DNA of 64,000 nucleotides from positions 14,452,191 to 14,516,190 of the forward strand of contig NC_057753.1 in NCBI RefSeq assembly GCF_004010195.1, written 5' to 3'. Shown here in pieces: positions 61,541-64,000 of the stretch (its first letter is position 1; the number at the start of each line of letters is the position of its first letter). A program made the position numbers and the translations under genes. The DNA comes from Chiloscyllium plagiosum (Eukaryota). The notes under the pieces were generated by a model. It was not told the DNA's origin. It saw nothing but the letters and a program-made list of their open reading frames with translations, and did not search any database.

Positions 61541-62175
61541 CCATGTGAGTATACAGAATACCGTTTTTTTCAGTTGAATTCAGATTTCACTATCTTCCTT
61601 AACAGAACCTCAAACCCAGTTTCCCTGAATATGACTGGTTACCTGCGTCAATAATCCAGCGAAAATACCATGAGACCATCGCCTCCCCTAAAAAGTTAGC
61701 CAGCACGAAGACTACAGAGTGGTAAGTATGAGGATTGCAATGAGGATGAGTGTAGAGAAAACAGACATTGTCATGCTTGGATGACTGTTTTAAGATGTGG
61801 GTGTACTGTACTTTTAAGAAAGTTAAAAGCATCCAGAACTATCTGACAGCACCAAATGTTCTCAATAAGGTAACGATGTAACACTTGCTCAAAAGCTAGA
61901 TCTGTCTCCCAGCTCACTGTCTACAACTCACAGGGCACCACATTGTTGGTGGTGGGGATTAGAACGTTGCGCTCACACAGGATTCTGCTTTGTGTCTGTG
62001 TACATGCTTGGTGCCTGCATTTCATTCTCCCAACAACTGCTAGAAACAGTTGGATGGCAGTTTCATGCGTGGCAAGTTTGGTTTCCTCTCGGTGTCTATC
62101 TAAGCTCCTGAAAGCACATAGTAACTTCCCAAGACTCGGCAAAGGGCCCAATAAATCAACTTACGGTCTCAAGGC

Positions 62176-62214
62176 AGTTCTTGTAAGGGGAAGATACTGT
62201 TTATCATCACTGTG
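62176..62214 (-). other. 23-RSS of V10
   Basis: CACAGTG - 23 bp - ACAAGAACT. Confidence 0.9.
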
Positions 62215-62665
62215 CCCCTGATAGCACAGTAATACATGGCTGTGTCAGTCAGCTCTAGTCTGATGATCGTCAGACTGATGGATGTTCTCCAGGTCTGAAG
62301 CCCTGCAGAGAAGCGACTTTGAGCAAAATCTGCTTTATCCGTACCACCACCATTAGTTTTCAAGAGTATGTATTCGGGCCGTGAGCCTGGGTGCTGTCGG
62401 TACCAGTATAATGTATAGCTGGTCCATGACGTGTCATAGGTACAGCTTAGAGACGCCACACTTCCATCTTTCTGAACAACTGAGGAGTGTGACTGAGTGA
62501 CAGAATCTCCAAGACTCAGCTCTGAAAGGGAACATAGACATCATATGTAAAGTGTCACGCTGGGCTGCTTACATTATGATTTGTTGAAGAAATTTGAATT
62601 GCACTTCCTCCACACTTACCTGTTAGAATTGCTCCGCACACAACCCAGATGCTGAGTAGCTGCAT
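62215..62665 (-). CDS. TRAV/DV: TCR alpha/delta V segment V10, apparently functional (leader 62620-62665, V exon 62215-62521)
   Basis: Leader MQLLSIWVVCGAILT, GTAAGT donor, open V SLSCTYDTSWTSYTLYWYRQ..DTAMYYCAIRG. Confidence 0.9.
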
Positions 62666-62713
62666 TATCGACTTCCCCTGTGTGTCAGGGCATTCAGATA
62701 CTTGAAGACACCC

Positions 62714-62760
62714 ATTCCATAAACCCCGCCCCCTCAGTAAACTGCTGACGTGTCTCTGGA
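62714..62760 (-). promoter_or_regulatory. V10 core promoter: TATA-like element, GC box, CRE half-site
   Basis: ataaaccccgcccc..ctgctgacgtg 50-90 bp upstream of the ATG; related motifs at 10771-10796, 44908-44925 and 50683-50718. Confidence 0.55.
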
Positions 62761-63723
62761 TGTCCTCACCTCACCGCCATGTGTGGGCAGTGATGCACAG
62801 AGAGTAGGAGGAAGAGTGCAGACTCTTTGATTTGTCACATCCAGAGCCGGGATGCAGTCACTGCACTTAAAATGGAGAACTGAGATTTCAGATAGATTGA
62901 CCTCAATCCACGATAATCAATTCCCCAGATCCATCGTATATTTTTCTTGGAATTATCTCTTCGTTTTCCGTCCAATTTCTTCAATTGACCCCATTTCCTG
63001 CTCTTTGCCATTAAAGGCGTCCCCTAAATTTGCCTACATGACTCTGAGATTTCCGCCACTTCACGTAATCCATAAATTGTCACCACTCAATTCCACTCAC
63101 AGTATTCCATCACTCAACTCAATCGCAACCTCTGATATCACTTTCACCAGATTCTCCTTTATTCTGTTCCTCTATTGGTGTTTCCCTGGCCTCGGGCTCA
63201 AAATTATCTTTCTCTCTCTGTTCGTTCTTTTCAACAGTCGCCACTGAGCTCAGTCTTCCCTTCCTCCCAGCATTTTCTGACTCACTGAACACAGAGTCCT
63301 CATAAAACAGGATCCATTACACGTCTGACTGATAATACAGAAGCTATCTTCGGTGCCAGCACCCTGGGAGATGGATGGATAGGGAGAGAGACAGACAGAG
63401 AAAGAGAGAGGGGGAAATGTTCAAATCCTCTCTTCGTTGGTAGTCACCTTGTGTTGATTTGATACAGTGTCCTCCTCTTCTTGAGACCTGAAACTACCAC
63501 ACTTGCGCAGAGCAAAAATATCCGGGAAATCAGTCAAAGGAAGAGGAACGGCAGCCACCTAAATTCAATATGACAGCAGCATCAACACACACACAGGTTA
63601 AATGTGGAAATTAGACATGGCGTGTCTGAAGAGTATATAGGGGTCAGTGTGGTGAAAACAGACGTGGTCAGTGCGTGTATTACAGATTCACGTTATTAAA
63701 CCCTCTCAGGTTCTTTTATGTTA

Positions 63724-63772
63724 TGTCATATTGAATTTAGGTGGCTGCCGTTCCTCTTCCTTTGACTGATTT
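63724..63772. repeat. Perfect 49-bp inverted copy of 63527-63575
   Basis: Exact reverse complement, flanked by an 11-bp direct repeat ttttatgttat. Confidence 0.92.
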
Positions 63773-64000
63773 TATGTTATATTTCACAGCTGACTCTTGC
63801 AAATTCTAGAGTAGACAAGCCCAGATTATCTCGCCTTTCTATGTCTACCTCACATTTAGGCATGTTTAGCTCACGTTTCCGTGTCTGTTCTGTCAGGCTG
63901 ACATCTCACACCTTTGGATTATGTGGGACTTCAATGTCTGCCTCCTGACTCAGGTAGGGACGCTACCACAACGTCACAAGAACCCTCCATGCTGCTCGCT

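Noticed and set aside
3513-62665. Minus-strand V genes as Ig VH/VNAR, NAR-TCR or TAILV segments
   Set aside because: Complete CDR2 region, TCR-type FR3 (RFSxxLQTSxKFTSLTI), no octamer promoter noticed, and no neighbouring D/J cluster. Alpha versus delta usage cannot be decided from this window.
1-64000. D or J segments and constant exons
   Set aside because: No FGxG J motif with a 12-RSS and no C1-set exon was recognised by eye; short D segments could have been missed.

Overview
Eukaryotic (vertebrate) genomic DNA, almost certainly a shark (inferred from HE1/V-SINE-type SINEs, CR1, Tx1 and Penelope-like repeats and the V sequences). The window is part of the variable-gene array of a T-cell receptor alpha/delta-type locus. 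On the minus strand there are ten related V segments (leader exon, 46 nt where intact, ~100-nt intron, ~307-310-nt V exon, 23-bp-spacer RSS). Five look intact (20.7, 44.4, 50.2, 55.6 and 62.2 kb; the 55.6-kb one is missing from the ORF track). Five are damaged (3.5, 10.3, 12.5, 27.3 and 32.6 kb), and there is one orphan promoter with no V (24 kb). Hidden on the plus strand is a second, very divergent family of decayed TRAV-like segments (six relics, consensus ending ...YLCAV, most with a degenerate 23-RSS). Each lies tail-to-tail 1-2 kb from a minus-strand V, so the locus expanded by duplicating a convergent V-pair cassette. A ~15-kb segmental duplication is visible (about 1-16.5 kb vs 42-54 kb). 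A 7-kb composite Tx1-clade retrotransposon insertion carries tandem U2 snRNA 5' fragments lacking the branch-point-recognition sequence at its 5' end and an ORF1-only derivative at its 3' end, all inside one target-site duplication. Penelope-like elements carry hammerhead-ribozyme-like motifs, and two palindromic mini-insertions have clean TSDs. No D, J or C segments were recognised. All alignments and translations were done by eye.
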